A stretch of DNA of 64,000 bases from Candidatus Zixiibacteriota bacterium (GTDB lineage Bacteria; Zixibacteria; MSB-5A5; GN15; FEB-12): positions 265,392 through 329,391 of the forward strand of contig JAVEYB010000002.1 in NCBI GenBank assembly GCA_034003725.1, read 5' to 3'. Numbering within the stretch: position 1 is the stretch's first letter; every line of letters starts with the position of its first letter. The position numbers and the translations under genes were made by a program. The notes beneath the pieces are model-generated. The model saw nothing but the letters and a program-made list of their open reading frames with translations, was not told the origin of the DNA and did not search any database. Positions 29,230-38,359 of this stretch are shown here, piece by piece.

Positions 29230-30438
29230 ATGATAAAGCGCATCGGCATAATCACCAGCGGTGGTGACTGTGGTGGCTTAAACGGCGTGGTGAAAGGCGC
29301 GGCGCAAATGGCAACGCGCAAAGACGTCCAGACACTCGCTATCCCGAACGGTTACGCCGGGTTATACAACCTGGTCGACATGGACACGCTGGTGGACCTG
29401 ACCCCATCCCGGGTCGATACGTTCAGCATCGGACTCGCGGGCTCAGAGGCGGGTCACTCACGTGTCAAGATCTCGAAGATCGAAGACCCCGACAAGTACA
29501 ACCGCATTCGTACGGGTCTTGCGAAATTCGACATCGGAGGACTGGTAATTTCCGGTGGCGACGATACCGGATCCGTGATCATTGACCTGGACAAAAACGG
29601 CATTCAGTGCGTCCACGCTCCGAAGACCATGGATCTCGATCTGCAGCCGTATTCAGTAGGGGGCGACTCAACCATCAACAGGATTGCGGAAATCTGCCGC
29701 GACCTCAAGACCACCGGCCGGAGTCATAACCGGATCATGGTGCTTGAAGTATTCGGACGATATGCCGGTCATACGGCATTCCGTGGCGGAGTCGCAGGCG
29801 AGGCCGATGCGATCCTGATTCCCGAACTCCCGGTGGACTTCGAGGAGCTCTACCGCCACCTCAAGAAGGTCTATATGAAGCGCGTCATCGAGAGCGACGT
29901 CAACGCGGGGACGTATACAATCGTCGTTGCCGAGGGGCTGAAGAACGCCTCGGGGAAGGAAATCTACGACGACTCGGTGCCACCGGACGCGTTTGGACAC
30001 CGGAAACTCGCGGGTGCCGGCAAATATGTCGTACAGGAACTCAAGAAGATGCTGAAGGCCGACGATGAGATAAAGTCCTTCATGCACCGTCAGGGGATGT
30101 ACGTCAAGGGGCACTACGAGATTCCCGAAGTCCGGTCGGTGACGCCCGGCCATATTGTGCGCTCAGGATTTACGTCGGCTTATGATGCCAACTTCGGCAT
30201 GGAGGCAGGGGCAAGCGCCGTACTCCTTCTTTTGGACGGCCTCTCCGGCGTCACGGTAACCGGCTTCAGGAACGGCAAAATTCACTATATGAAGGTGTCC
30301 GACGCAATCAAGCAGCGCAATGTCGATCTCGATATGGTGAATCTGTACGAACAGCTTGGGTTTACGTTTGGACGGGTACGCCAGGAGTTCGCCCCGGGTC
30401 GAGTCGAAGTCACCGGGTTGATAGACCGCATTTATTGA
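29230..30438 (+). CDS. 6-phosphofructokinase, probably pyrophosphate-dependent
   Basis: MIKRIGIITSGGDCGGLNGVVKG. It has GGDDTGS and PKTMDLD where ATP-PFKs have GGDGS and PGTIDND. The Asp/Lys pair is the PPi-type signature. Start at ATG 29230 (GAGGAAAGG SD); the ORF opens at 29176. Confidence 0.9.
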   Translation: MIKRIGIITSGGDCGGLNGVVKGAAQMATRKDVQTLAIPNGYAGLYNLVDMDTLVDLTPSRVDTFSIGLAGSEAGHSRVKISKIEDPDKYNRIRTGLAKFDIGGLVISGGDDTGSVIIDLDKNGIQCVHAPKTMDLDLQPYSVGGDSTINRIAEICRDLKTTGRSHNRIMVLEVFGRYAGHTAFRGGVAGEADAILIPELPVDFEELYRHLKKVYMKRVIESDVNAGTYTIVVAEGLKNASGKEIYDDSVPPDAFGHRKLAGAGKYVVQELKKMLKADDEIKSFMHRQGMYVKGHYEIPEVRSVTPGHIVRSGFTSAYDANFGMEAGASAVLLLLDGLSGVTVTGFRNGKIHYMKVSDAIKQRNVDLDMVNLYEQLGFTFGRVRQEFAPGRVEVTGLIDRIY

Positions 30439-30499
30439 TTCGAGGTCGGAGTGCGCGGGCAGCCGTACTGACTGTCCGCGCGCTGTCCAATTCTTGCGC

Positions 30500-30527
30500 T
30501 TGTCAATTTGCCGCCGATCAGTATATT
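30500..30527 (+). promoter_or_regulatory. candidate promoter for the cohesin-like/dockerin-like gene
   Basis: TTGTCA (30500..30505), a 16-nt spacer, then TATATT (30522..30527). Confidence 0.3.
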
Positions 30528-30641
30528 AAGTCGGTACGCCGCGTCGGCGGGGCACCAATGCTTTTGCAGCCTTAAAGTTACTGCTCTGCTTCAAAGTACT
30601 GCTTTGTGCTGCACGGAAGATCGTATGAGGTAAAAAGCCGG

Positions 30642-31442
30642 ATGTCGCGTCTGCACCGTTACCAACGGTACGCCCTCGGAATGTGCCTGACTCTGGGCCT
30701 GCTCTGTCTGCTGCCCGGGCAGGAAGTTCAAGCGCAGGCCGAAGACCCTGGCGTTGCAGACACGGTTTCCGTGGACAGTCTCACGGTGGGGTTCGGAATC
30801 TCGTCGGTGGTGGGCATCCATCTCGCAAACGATGAGGCGCTGTCGGCAGTGGAAGTTACCATCAAGGCGTCAGACACGCTGGTCGCGATTGACTCCGCCT
30901 CCTTTCTAAACGGCCGACTGGCCGGCTATTTCGTAAAAGGCTGGGCGATCGATGACTCCAGCGGCGCCGTAACGTTTTACTGCTACCCTTCGGATGAACC
31001 GCTCCTGCAGCCCGGCACCGGACTTCTGGCGACTATTCACTTCTCTCATGAAATACTCCCGTTTTTCCCATACGACATTACGATCGACTCAGTTACCGTC
31101 GAGTTCGACCTGATTTACCGGACAACGGCACTTCGGGACAGTTTGGGAACGGTGTTTACGCCCCAATTCCGGTCCGGGATCCTACGTATCGTGGGCCAGA
31201 GTTGCTGCACGGGCTTCACCGGAAACATCAACGGTGACAGCGCAGGATCGGTGGATCTCTCCGACCTGATCTACCTGGTGAACTTTCTCTTCCTCGGGGG
31301 AGTCGAACCAATTTGCGGTGCCGCGTCCAACATCAACGGCGATGAGGGGTGTAGTATTGACCTGTCCGACCTGATTTATCTGGTCAATTTCCTCTTCCTG
31401 GGGGGGCCGAACCCTGCTGCCTGCCTGCCGTCCTGCGGCTGA
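30642..31442 (+). CDS. small secreted protein: cohesin-like beta-sandwich domain plus double dockerin-like module
   Basis: Signal peptide MSRLHRYQRYALGMCLTLGLLCLLPGQEVQAQA. The N-domain follows the cohesin pattern: VGIHLANDEALSAVEVTIKASDTLVAIDSASFLNG...GAVTF...GTGLLATIHFS...ITIDSVTVEFD...SGILRIV. The C-terminus is CCTGFTGNINGD..VDLSDLIYLVNFLFLGG..P.C...NINGD..CSIDLSDLIYLVNFLFLGGPNP. Confidence 0.8.
   Translation: MSRLHRYQRYALGMCLTLGLLCLLPGQEVQAQAEDPGVADTVSVDSLTVGFGISSVVGIHLANDEALSAVEVTIKASDTLVAIDSASFLNGRLAGYFVKGWAIDDSSGAVTFYCYPSDEPLLQPGTGLLATIHFSHEILPFFPYDITIDSVTVEFDLIYRTTALRDSLGTVFTPQFRSGILRIVGQSCCTGFTGNINGDSAGSVDLSDLIYLVNFLFLGGVEPICGAASNINGDEGCSIDLSDLIYLVNFLFLGGPNPAACLPSCG
31203..31439 (+). 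other. CC-framed double dockerin-like C-terminal module, copy 2
   Basis: See 21065..21298. There are two EF-hand-like N(V/I)NGD...DLSDL(I/V)(Y/F)LVN.LF.GGP.P segments. Confidence 0.6.
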
Positions 31443-31523
31443 GTCTGGATTCCGAAACAAGTAGACTGATCGGTGATTTTGCGGGCGGCGTGGTGACCGG
31501 GGATTCTTACCGGAAGCAAAAAG

Positions 31524-31596
31524 AGCCACCGCGCAGGCTCGAACTGCGGACCTGCTGATTACGAATCAGCTGCTCTACCAACTGAGCTACGGTGGC
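31524..31596 (-). tRNA. tRNA-Thr (anticodon CGT)
   Basis: The reverse complement folds as GCCACCG TA GCTC AGTTGGTA GAGC A GCTGA TTCGTAA TCAGC AGGTC CGCAG TTCGAGC CTGCG CGGTGGC T (73 nt). Confidence 0.9.
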
Positions 31597-31617
31597 TATT
31601 CGTGATTGTACCGCGCA

Positions 31618-31646
31618 AACGTACGGCCGGCCTTCCACTCTGTCAA
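31618..31646 (-). promoter_or_regulatory. candidate promoter for tRNA-Thr
   Basis: Minus strand: TTGACA (31646..31641), a 17-nt spacer, then TACGTT (31623..31618). It lies about 20 nt upstream of the tRNA 5' end. Confidence 0.35.
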
Positions 31647-32050
31647 GGAAATATACATTCAATCGGCCTTTGTTTGGGGAGTTAGGGCGATTGCGCTGTG
31701 GTCACTTGCAGGAACACGGGTACGGCAACCAATCGTGAATTGCCCTCAACCTCTGCCCCGCCGATTCGGCTGACGCGCAGAACGAGCAGCTCTTCTTTCA
31801 GGCCAGAGCAACAACCGGTTATTCGGATTCCAGTTCCAAAAGGACATGAACTGACGCTTCAGTTTCGCATCTTTACAGCTGAGAAACGCTTCGGTTCCTT
31901 ACGATCGCGCAGCTTCGATGGCGGTCGATGCGGTTAACGAGACGGCTTGACCGCCGAGGCCCAAACAACGGCGCGCACGGACCTGACTTGGTGTAAAGAA
32001 ACAGCACCGCCAGTCGACCCGGCAGCGCCTTCAAAAATAGGAGGGAGAAT

Positions 32051-32338
32051 TTGCAGCACTCACCAGCCCCTTGGCGTATTGACAAAGACCGCATATTCGC
32101 AGCCGACGACCGTCTTGTGTGCCAGGTCGCCGATGGCGACGGCGTACTGTGGAACAGAGACCTGGAAGATTTTCGAGGCTGCGGCGATTGCCACCTGATC
32201 CGATCGGCTCCGGAACTCCTGTTGGCCTTCTGGCAACTACTCGATGCGTACCGAAAGACGCCCAACTACGACTGGGAGTTCGCTGCGAGTATGGATGCAC
32301 TAATAGACAAAGCCGTCGGTATCGGCCGGCTTCGTTGA
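32051..32338 (+). CDS. hypothetical small protein (95 aa)
   Basis: TTG start preceded by a strong SD (AGGAGGGAG, 32037..32045). The composition looks coding (MQHSPAPWRIDKDRIFAADDRLVCQVADGDGVLWN...). No family was recognised. It is convergent with lexA. Confidence 0.55.
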   Translation: MQHSPAPWRIDKDRIFAADDRLVCQVADGDGVLWNRDLEDFRGCGDCHLIRSAPELLLAFWQLLDAYRKTPNYDWEFAASMDALIDKAVGIGRLR

Positions 32339-32366
32339 CTAACCTGATCACAGTGACGCGGGTCCA

Positions 32367-32984
32367 CTACCCCAATCGACGCAGGAGCCCGACCACTTTG
32401 CCGGCGATTCGGAACTCTCCCGAACTCCTCTCCACGATGATCGGGGCGAAGGAATCGTTCGCCGGCTCGAGGACTACCCGGGTCTTTTGCGGCACGTAGC
32501 GCTTGACGGTCGCTTCGCCGTTTATCAGCGCCACGACGATTTCACCTTTCTGCGCCGTGTCTTGCTTTTTGACAACGACAACGTCGCCGTCGAGAATACC
32601 CGCGTCTTTCATCGAGTCGCCTTTGACTTTCAGCGAGAAAGAATCGCCCGACGGCAGGAACGTGAAGTCTACCGCGATTTCCCCTTCGATATTCTCGATC
32701 GCGTCAATCGGCGATCCCGCGGGAACCGAGCCTACCAGCGGAACCCGGCCCACCTGCCCTGCCAATGGCCTGGTCAGTTCCAGCCCGCGCGAGATAAACT
32801 CCTGCTTTTTCAGTAATCCCTTTTTCAGGAGGGCGCTTATGTGCGTGCGGACACCGTTCGTGGATCGAATACCAAACGCCTCGCCGATTTCCCGTATGGT
32901 GGGCGCGTGTCCTCGGGACACGATGCGGTCCTGAATGAACTGGAAAATCGCGCGCTGCTTGTCTGTCAGCCTGGCTTTTACCAT
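32367..32984 (-). CDS. lexA: LexA repressor
   Basis: MVKARLTDKQRAIFQFIQDRIVSRGHAPTIREIGEAFGIRSTNGVRTHISALLKKGLL (wHTH). It also has the cleavage/peptidase S24 part VPLVGSVPAGSP...LKVKGDSMKDAGILDGD...VKRY. Start at ATG 32984; the ORF opens at 33041. Confidence 0.93.
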   Translation of the reverse strand: MVKARLTDKQRAIFQFIQDRIVSRGHAPTIREIGEAFGIRSTNGVRTHISALLKKGLLKKQEFISRGLELTRPLAGQVGRVPLVGSVPAGSPIDAIENIEGEIAVDFTFLPSGDSFSLKVKGDSMKDAGILDGDVVVVKKQDTAQKGEIVVALINGEATVKRYVPQKTRVVLEPANDSFAPIIVERSSGEFRIAGKVVGLLRRLG

Positions 32985-33017
32985 TGGGCTTCCCTTGCGT
33001 TTTCGTCCTTCCTGCTT

Positions 33018-33037
33018 ACAGGTTACTGCCCACCTGT
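33018..33037. promoter_or_regulatory. inverted repeat ACAGGT-N8-ACCTGT upstream of lexA (candidate operator)
   Basis: Perfect 6-bp arms at 33018..33023 and 33032..33037, located 34-53 nt upstream of the lexA ATG. It does not match the E. coli-type CTGT-N8-ACAG box. Confidence 0.3.
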
Positions 33038-33154
33038 TCACCTGTCAATAACAAATCTGTGGAAAAGTCCGCTTGCTGAGTTCACGTTTATCCAAAAGAG
33101 AAGCGGCGATCCGGATGCCGGATCGCCGCGACGCATAGATCATTCTGCCGATGG

Positions 33155-35236
33155 TCAGCCCTCAGCCTCTTTTTCGGCCTGGGCCTCGGCGATTATCTTC
33201 TGTGCAGCCTCGTGCGGGACCTCTTCGTAATGTGAGAAGTCCATCGAATAGAACCCCTGACCCTGGGTCATGGAACGCAGGTCCACAGAATACTGATAGA
33301 GCTCTGCCTGAGGTACCGTGGCGCGAATCCGCTGAGATCTTCCCTCCGGATCCATACCGGCGATTTTACCCCGACGCGACGAAAGGTCGCCCATGACGTC
33401 GCCGGTGAAGTCCTCGGGAACCAGAATCTCAATGTTGTAGATCGGCTCAAGGATTACCGGTTTGCATTTCAGGTAGCCCTCTTTGAACGCCATCGAGCCG
33501 GCAATCTTGAAAGCCATATCCGATGAATCAACATCGTGATAGGAGCCGAAATACAGTGCCACTTTGACGTCAACGACCGGTGCACCGCACAGTCCGCCCC
33601 GATCCAGTGACTCCACAATACCCTTCTCGACGGCCGGTATGTATTTGCCCGGAATCACACCACCGGTGATTTCATCGGCGAACTCGAATCCTGCGCCCCG
33701 TTCATTCGGTTCAATTCGGATATAGACATCACCGTACTGACCGCGGCCGCCGCTCTGTTTCTTGTGCTTGTACTGCTGTTCGGTTTTGCCTTTGATCGTT
33801 TCTCGATACGGCACTTTGGGCTTTATCAGCTCGACGTCGACACCAAAACGCTTCTTGAGCTTCTCCACCAACAGTTCGATATGGGTCGAGCCCTGTCCCC
33901 AGAGAACCTGCTGGCGCAGGGCGGCATCAGGGACGAGTCTGAATGTCGGGTCTTCCTCGTGCAACTTGGAAAGACCAGTCGCAATTTTTTCTTCATCACC
34001 TTTGTTCTTGGACTTGACGGCTACATCCATAATCGGATTAGGATAAACCAGCGGTTTTACCGATACGCCAAAGTCCTTATCAGTCAGAGAATTGCCAATG
34101 TGAGTATTTTTCAGCTTTACGAGCACGCCGATGTCCCCGGCAGGTACCGCAGGGACTTCAATCCGGTTCTTCCCCTGAAAAGTATAAAGCTGACCGATTC
34201 GTTCGGCTGTGGATGTCTGCTGATTGTACAGCTCCAGTCCCTGCGACACGGTCCCGGAGACGGCCTTGATGAACGTCATGTCCCCCAAGTGGCCCTCGGA
34301 AAAGACCTTAAATACGAACGCGAGATGTTTGCCGGACGGGTCAGGTGAAACCTGGACGCTGTCATCTTTGCCCGTCTTGACAGCATTGGCCGCGGGCATC
34401 TGATCCGGAGACGGAAGATACTCGCCCATAAAGTCAAGCAGAACGCGTATTCCAATGTTGGCCGCAGCCGAGCCAAAAAGAATTGGATAGAGCTTGCCGG
34501 AGCGTATGCCCTTGCGAAGACCAATCAGCGCCTCTTCCTCGGAGAGGTTGCCGTTTTCAAAGAATTTCTCGAGGAGGGCGTCATCCGACTCCGCCGCCAC
34601 TTCGACCAACGCCTCGCGGGCGGCAGCAACATCGTCCTTCAGATCGGCCGGAACATCAATCTCCTTGCGCTCGTTGCCCTCGAAGGTATACGCCTTCATG
34701 TGGAGCAGGTCAACCAGGCCAATGAACTTCTCGGCTTCACCGATAGGGATCTGTACTGCGACGGCCTGTTTACCGAACGCGGCGTTGACCGACTCTACGT
34801 TCTGTTTCCAGTGAGCATTCTCCTTCTCTATCTTATTCACGAAGAAGAACCTGGCCAGATGGTATTTCTCAAGCATCTTCCACTGCAGACCCGTGCCCAC
34901 TTCAACGCCGGCCGTGGCATCAAGCACAAATCCAACAGCGTCGGCAACTTTGGCCGAAGAGAGCAGCTCACCGACAAAATCCGCGTGTCCCGGGCAATCG
35001 AGCAGGTTGATCTTTGCGTTATTCCACTCGCACGCGAGAAGCTTGGAGGTCACCGACGTTTTCCGGCCGATTTCGGCCTCAGTGTAATCCAGCAGAGAAC
35101 TGCCGTCGTCCACCCGTCCGACTCGGTTGTTGATGCCGGTGTGAAAGGCGATTGAATCGGCGACCGACGTTTTCCCGGAGCCGCGCTGACCGGCCAGACA
35201 GACGTTTCGAATCTTATCGGTAGTATACTGCTTCAC
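33155..35236 (-). CDS. elongation factor G paralog (EF-G2-type)
   Basis: 693 aa with the full EF-G domain order. G1 is AGQRGSGKT rather than AHIDAGKTT, and it has DCPGHADF and NKIE. The layout resembles EF-G-2 of Thermus (GHAGSGKTT). Confidence 0.88.
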   Translation of the reverse strand: MKQYTTDKIRNVCLAGQRGSGKTSVADSIAFHTGINNRVGRVDDGSSLLDYTEAEIGRKTSVTSKLLACEWNNAKINLLDCPGHADFVGELLSSAKVADAVGFVLDATAGVEVGTGLQWKMLEKYHLARFFFVNKIEKENAHWKQNVESVNAAFGKQAVAVQIPIGEAEKFIGLVDLLHMKAYTFEGNERKEIDVPADLKDDVAAAREALVEVAAESDDALLEKFFENGNLSEEEALIGLRKGIRSGKLYPILFGSAAANIGIRVLLDFMGEYLPSPDQMPAANAVKTGKDDSVQVSPDPSGKHLAFVFKVFSEGHLGDMTFIKAVSGTVSQGLELYNQQTSTAERIGQLYTFQGKNRIEVPAVPAGDIGVLVKLKNTHIGNSLTDKDFGVSVKPLVYPNPIMDVAVKSKNKGDEEKIATGLSKLHEEDPTFRLVPDAALRQQVLWGQGSTHIELLVEKLKKRFGVDVELIKPKVPYRETIKGKTEQQYKHKKQSGGRGQYGDVYIRIEPNERGAGFEFADEITGGVIPGKYIPAVEKGIVESLDRGGLCGAPVVDVKVALYFGSYHDVDSSDMAFKIAGSMAFKEGYLKCKPVILEPIYNIEILVPEDFTGDVMGDLSSRRGKIAGMDPEGRSQRIRATVPQAELYQYSVDLRSMTQGQGFYSMDFSHYEEVPHEAAQKIIAEAQAEKEAEG

Positions 35237-35457
35237 CAGCGAACCTCCATAGCGTAGTTAGCCCGATCGGGAATCCCGACGGGATCGGTCAAAAAGACAA
35301 GAATTCAAGAATATACTATCAACGTAGCCTTGTCAATCGGTTTTGGGCGGATAGATATGCAGCACAACGGTCTTGACGGATTCGACGGCAGCGTCAAACC
35401 GGTGATCGCCCATGCTCGCCGTGCCCGGTGGCCTATGCGGCGGAAAAGCAGCGACAA

Positions 35458-35955
35458 TCAGCTGGCGGATTTGGCCGCGGCAACGCTCTGATCAGTCGGC
35501 AGTCCATTCCGTTCCATATAAGTAGACAAAAAGCGGCTGGCCTCGGGCTGCGGTGAAAGCAGAAACTCCATGAACGAGAGAAGCTTCCCGGTCGTTTGCG
35601 GACTCAACAGATGTTCCACCTTACACGCATCCTCCTGCGCCCGGTCTCCCTCGACCAAAAGCACTGTTCGAAAGAAGCGTTCGATAGTGCGGCGGCGGTC
35701 CAACACAGAATTGACAGCATCGACCCCCTTGACCGTCAACCGATAGAATTTGTTGTTATCCTCTGTCAAGTATCCTTTGGCTTTCAGCTTGCCGAGAGTG
35801 ACAGACACCGAACCCCGGGTGATGTCGAGATAGCGCGCGATGTCGATACCCCGTGCGTAACCGTGCTGCTTGTGAAGCTCATGGACGGCCATCAGGTGAT
35901 GAACACCGCTGTGACTTAACTCGGCCTCGTCGAATTTTTTCCAGACTTCGTCCAT
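35458..35955 (-). CDS. DtxR/MntR-family metal-dependent transcriptional regulator
   Basis: 165 aa: LSHSGVHHLMAVHEL...ARGIDIARYLDITRGSVSVTLGKLKAKGYL (wHTH), followed by a metal-site helix region with ...EDACKVEHLLS. Confidence 0.82.
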   Translation of the reverse strand: MDEVWKKFDEAELSHSGVHHLMAVHELHKQHGYARGIDIARYLDITRGSVSVTLGKLKAKGYLTEDNNKFYRLTVKGVDAVNSVLDRRRTIERFFRTVLLVEGDRAQEDACKVEHLLSPQTTGKLLSFMEFLLSPQPEASRFLSTYMERNGLPTDQSVAAAKSAS

Positions 35956-36021
35956 AGTCGTAACCTACCGTCAGGATGCTTTAATGCTCAAACCAATGTA
36001 TAGTCACTAACTGTCTTGTGA

Positions 36022-36050
36022 ATTATATAACAAGCTCCAAGTTGCGTCAA
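36022..36050 (-). promoter_or_regulatory. near-consensus sigma70-type promoter for the DtxR-family gene
   Basis: Minus strand: TTGACG (36050..36045), a 17-nt spacer, then TATAAT (36027..36022). The -10 element lies inside the AT-rich palindrome CTTGTGAATTATATAACAAG (36015..36034), which could serve as an operator. Confidence 0.45.
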
Positions 36051-36280
36051 GTGTTTCTTTGAGCCCACGCTCGAATCTCGCACCACGCAGGTGTCCCCCA
36101 CGACGGCTCTCATCTGCTTATGCCATAATGCACTACAATTGGCTTGCCTCATCCCTTCAAGGGCTAGCACAAAGCTAGGATGATCCAAGATCGAGAATTT
36201 GGTCGGGGTACGGGCTTGTAAGAACTATTTCATGCTTCGGGTTACCGTGAAGACAAGTTACGGTTGTCACAAAGCATCAC

Positions 36281-36306
36281 AAAAAAAGACCCGCCGGCGG
36301 CGGGTC
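36281..36306 (-). terminator. rho-independent terminator of the yceI-like gene
   Basis: Stem GACCCGCC/GGCGGGTC (36288..36295 and 36299..36306) with a 3-nt loop. The A7 run at 36281..36287 reads as T7 on the minus strand. Confidence 0.6.
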
Positions 36307-36330
36307 TTCGACTAAAGTGACCGGTTGTCC

Positions 36331-36927
36331 TCAGCCTTCTTTGGCCTGAACGGCCTCAATCTCGATATTGATCTGCACGTTATCGCTGACGACGAGCCCG
36401 CCGGCATCGAGGCTCTTGCTCCACGACACACCGAAGTCCTGCCGGTTGATATCAGCGGTCGCCGAAAATCCCGCGCGCGTGTTGCCCCATGGGTCGGTAA
36501 CCACGCCGTTGAATTCACAGTCAAAGGTCACCGGCTTGGTCACGCCACGGATGGTAAGATCACCCATGAGCTGGAAGCGATTTCCTTCGCCAGGCACGAC
36601 TTTGGTCGACACAAACTTCAGTTCCGGGTGTTCCTCGACAGCAAAGAAGTCCGGAGATTTCAGATGTTTGTCGCGGTCGACGTTATCGGTGTTAATCGAA
36701 GCGGACTTTGCGGTAAAGGTAACCGCGCCGCCCTCGAGCGTTGTGCCGTCAAACCCGGTTATCACGCCATCAAATTCGGTGAACTGCCCGTTGACCTTCG
36801 ACACCACCATATGACGCACGGTGAATCCGACTTCCGAGTGTGTCACATCGAGCTTCCAGTCGGCCGCGACGGCTGAGGCGGCAATCACGCCCGTTCCGAC
36901 AATCGCAGGCAAAACGTGTTTCAACAT
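36331..36927 (-). CDS. YceI-family periplasmic (polyisoprenoid-binding) protein
   Basis: Signal peptide followed by WKLDVTHSEVGFTVRHMVVSKVNGQFTEFDG, the YceI signature. GGAG SD. Confidence 0.9.
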   Translation of the reverse strand: MLKHVLPAIVGTGVIAASAVAADWKLDVTHSEVGFTVRHMVVSKVNGQFTEFDGVITGFDGTTLEGGAVTFTAKSASINTDNVDRDKHLKSPDFFAVEEHPELKFVSTKVVPGEGNRFQLMGDLTIRGVTKPVTFDCEFNGVVTDPWGNTRAGFSATADINRQDFGVSWSKSLDAGGLVVSDNVQINIEIEAVQAKEG

Positions 36928-37012
36928 ACTTCTTCTCCTGTTTCAACAGCGGTTTCAATTGGATTATCCTTCGATAACGGCCACCCGCCAGCGTTTGTTC
37001 CCAAGGGGATGA

Positions 37013-37597
37013 CTATCGTCCGACGTGCGTTCTCTGTCGGACGGCCTCGTACAGGCAGATGCCGGCAGCCACCGAGACATTCAGGCTTTCAACCCGGCCG
37101 TGCATCGGCAGGCTGGCGAGAAAATCACAGGACTCACGGGTCAATCGCCGGATGCCGGTCCCCTCCGATCCCATCACCAGAGCAGTCGGCCCGGTAAGAT
37201 CGCATTCATAGATTGTGCGCTCTGCGTCCATCACGGTGCCGACCAGCCATACGCCGGCCTGCCGCAACTCACGGAGCGATCGAGCCAGATTGGTAACCTG
37301 AATAAGGGGCACGTGCTCGGCAGCTCCACACGCCACGGTGCGGACGGTCGCGGTCATCGATACGGATCGATCTTTCGGTATGACGACCGCATGCGCTCCC
37401 GCGCCATCGGCCGACCTCAGGCAAGCGCCAAGGTTGTGGGGGTCAGTGATGCCGTCAAGGACCAGCAACAGGGGCCGGTCAACCTTCTCGAGCAGGACAA
37501 ACAGTTCATCTTCGGATCGCGCTCCCACCTCGGCGGAGAGGTTGGCATGCGGATTGACTCGCGGCCCGGTACGACTATTTCCATATCTCTTTGGCAT
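37013..37597 (-). CDS. SpoU/TrmH-family RNA 2'-O-methyltransferase (RlmB-like catalytic domain only)
   Basis: [24 protein letters not shown]...[17 protein letters not shown]....[22 protein letters not shown]. Start at ATG 37597 (GGAG SD). The 331-aa track ORF (to 38008) is an unlikely N-terminal extension that overlaps the opposite-strand gene. Confidence 0.85.
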   Translation of the reverse strand: MPKRYGNSRTGPRVNPHANLSAEVGARSEDELFVLLEKVDRPLLLVLDGITDPHNLGACLRSADGAGAHAVVIPKDRSVSMTATVRTVACGAAEHVPLIQVTNLARSLRELRQAGVWLVGTVMDAERTIYECDLTGPTALVMGSEGTGIRRLTRESCDFLASLPMHGRVESLNVSVAAGICLYEAVRQRTHVGR

Positions 37598-37738
37598 CTT
37601 GACTCCTCTAGTGTTACTCCAATGAATGCCGACGGCAACCCCGGTGCAACGTCTTTCTGGAGTTTCGGGAGGCAATTGCATATGACAATAAGATTCCGAC
37701 AACCGTATATTGATGGAAACCTTCGTCGAGGATGAACC

Positions 37739-38353
37739 ATGTCTGCCAAAATACTGATCTTTGTCCTGCCGGCACTTGTGCTGTCGGCCTGCGCGTCGGT
37801 CGACAGGCACACGCTGCGCGACGGCGACATTCTCTTCCAGGACTTCGCCTCCTCGCAAAGCGAAGCGATTAAAATCGCCACCGGCTCGGAGTACAGCCAC
37901 TGCGGTGTCGTGTTTTTCGACGGTGATCGGCCGATGGTCTGGGAAGCGGTGCAACCGGTCACAATCACGCCGCTGACGGAGTGGATCGGTCGAGACATTG
38001 ACAGCCACTATGTGGTCATGCGGCTTCGGGATGGCGACAAACAGCTCTCCCCTGCGGCAATCGATGCCATGAAATCGTATGGCCGAGCGGTGATGGGACG
38101 CGACTACGATGCGCTGTTCGAGTGGAGCGATGATCGCTTCTACTGCTCGGAACTGGTTTGGAAGATCTACTCCGAGGGGGCGGCCATTGAGCTCTGTCCC
38201 CGCCGACCGATCGGTGATTACTCGCTGGACAATCCGGTCGTGCGAGAGAAACTCGCCGAACGCTACGGCGACTTAGTACCGCTGGACCGTATGGTCGTAG
38301 CGCCGTCCGACCTTTACAACTCACCTTTGGTAGAACTCGTGTACAGGAAGTAA
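37739..38353 (+). CDS. YiiX-like permuted papain/NlpC-P60-family lipoprotein
   Basis: Lipobox LVLSAC. It has GDILFQ...[10 protein letters not shown]...[12 protein letters not shown], matching the YiiX/YebB-type cysteine hydrolase pattern. Confidence 0.78.
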   Translation: MSAKILIFVLPALVLSACASVDRHTLRDGDILFQDFASSQSEAIKIATGSEYSHCGVVFFDGDRPMVWEAVQPVTITPLTEWIGRDIDSHYVVMRLRDGDKQLSPAAIDAMKSYGRAVMGRDYDALFEWSDDRFYCSELVWKIYSEGAAIELCPRRPIGDYSLDNPVVREKLAERYGDLVPLDRMVVAPSDLYNSPLVELVYRK

Positions 38354-38359
38354 CGGCGC

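Noticed and set aside
31647-32036. About 390 nt with no credible ORF between tRNA-Thr and the small TTG-start gene, checked for an ncRNA.
   Set aside because: I looked for hallmark motifs of SRP RNA (GTCAGGTCCG is present on the minus strand but lacks the GGAAGCAGC continuation), tmRNA, RNase P RNA and 6S RNA, and found none. Only weak hairpins are present. It remains unexplained and is not reportable without a covariance search.
37598-38008. N-terminal 137 codons of the 331-aa track ORF for the SpoU methyltransferase.
   Set aside because: There is no family similarity before [11 protein letters not shown] 37597 has a GGAG SD. The extension would overlap the opposite-strand YiiX-like gene by 270 nt.
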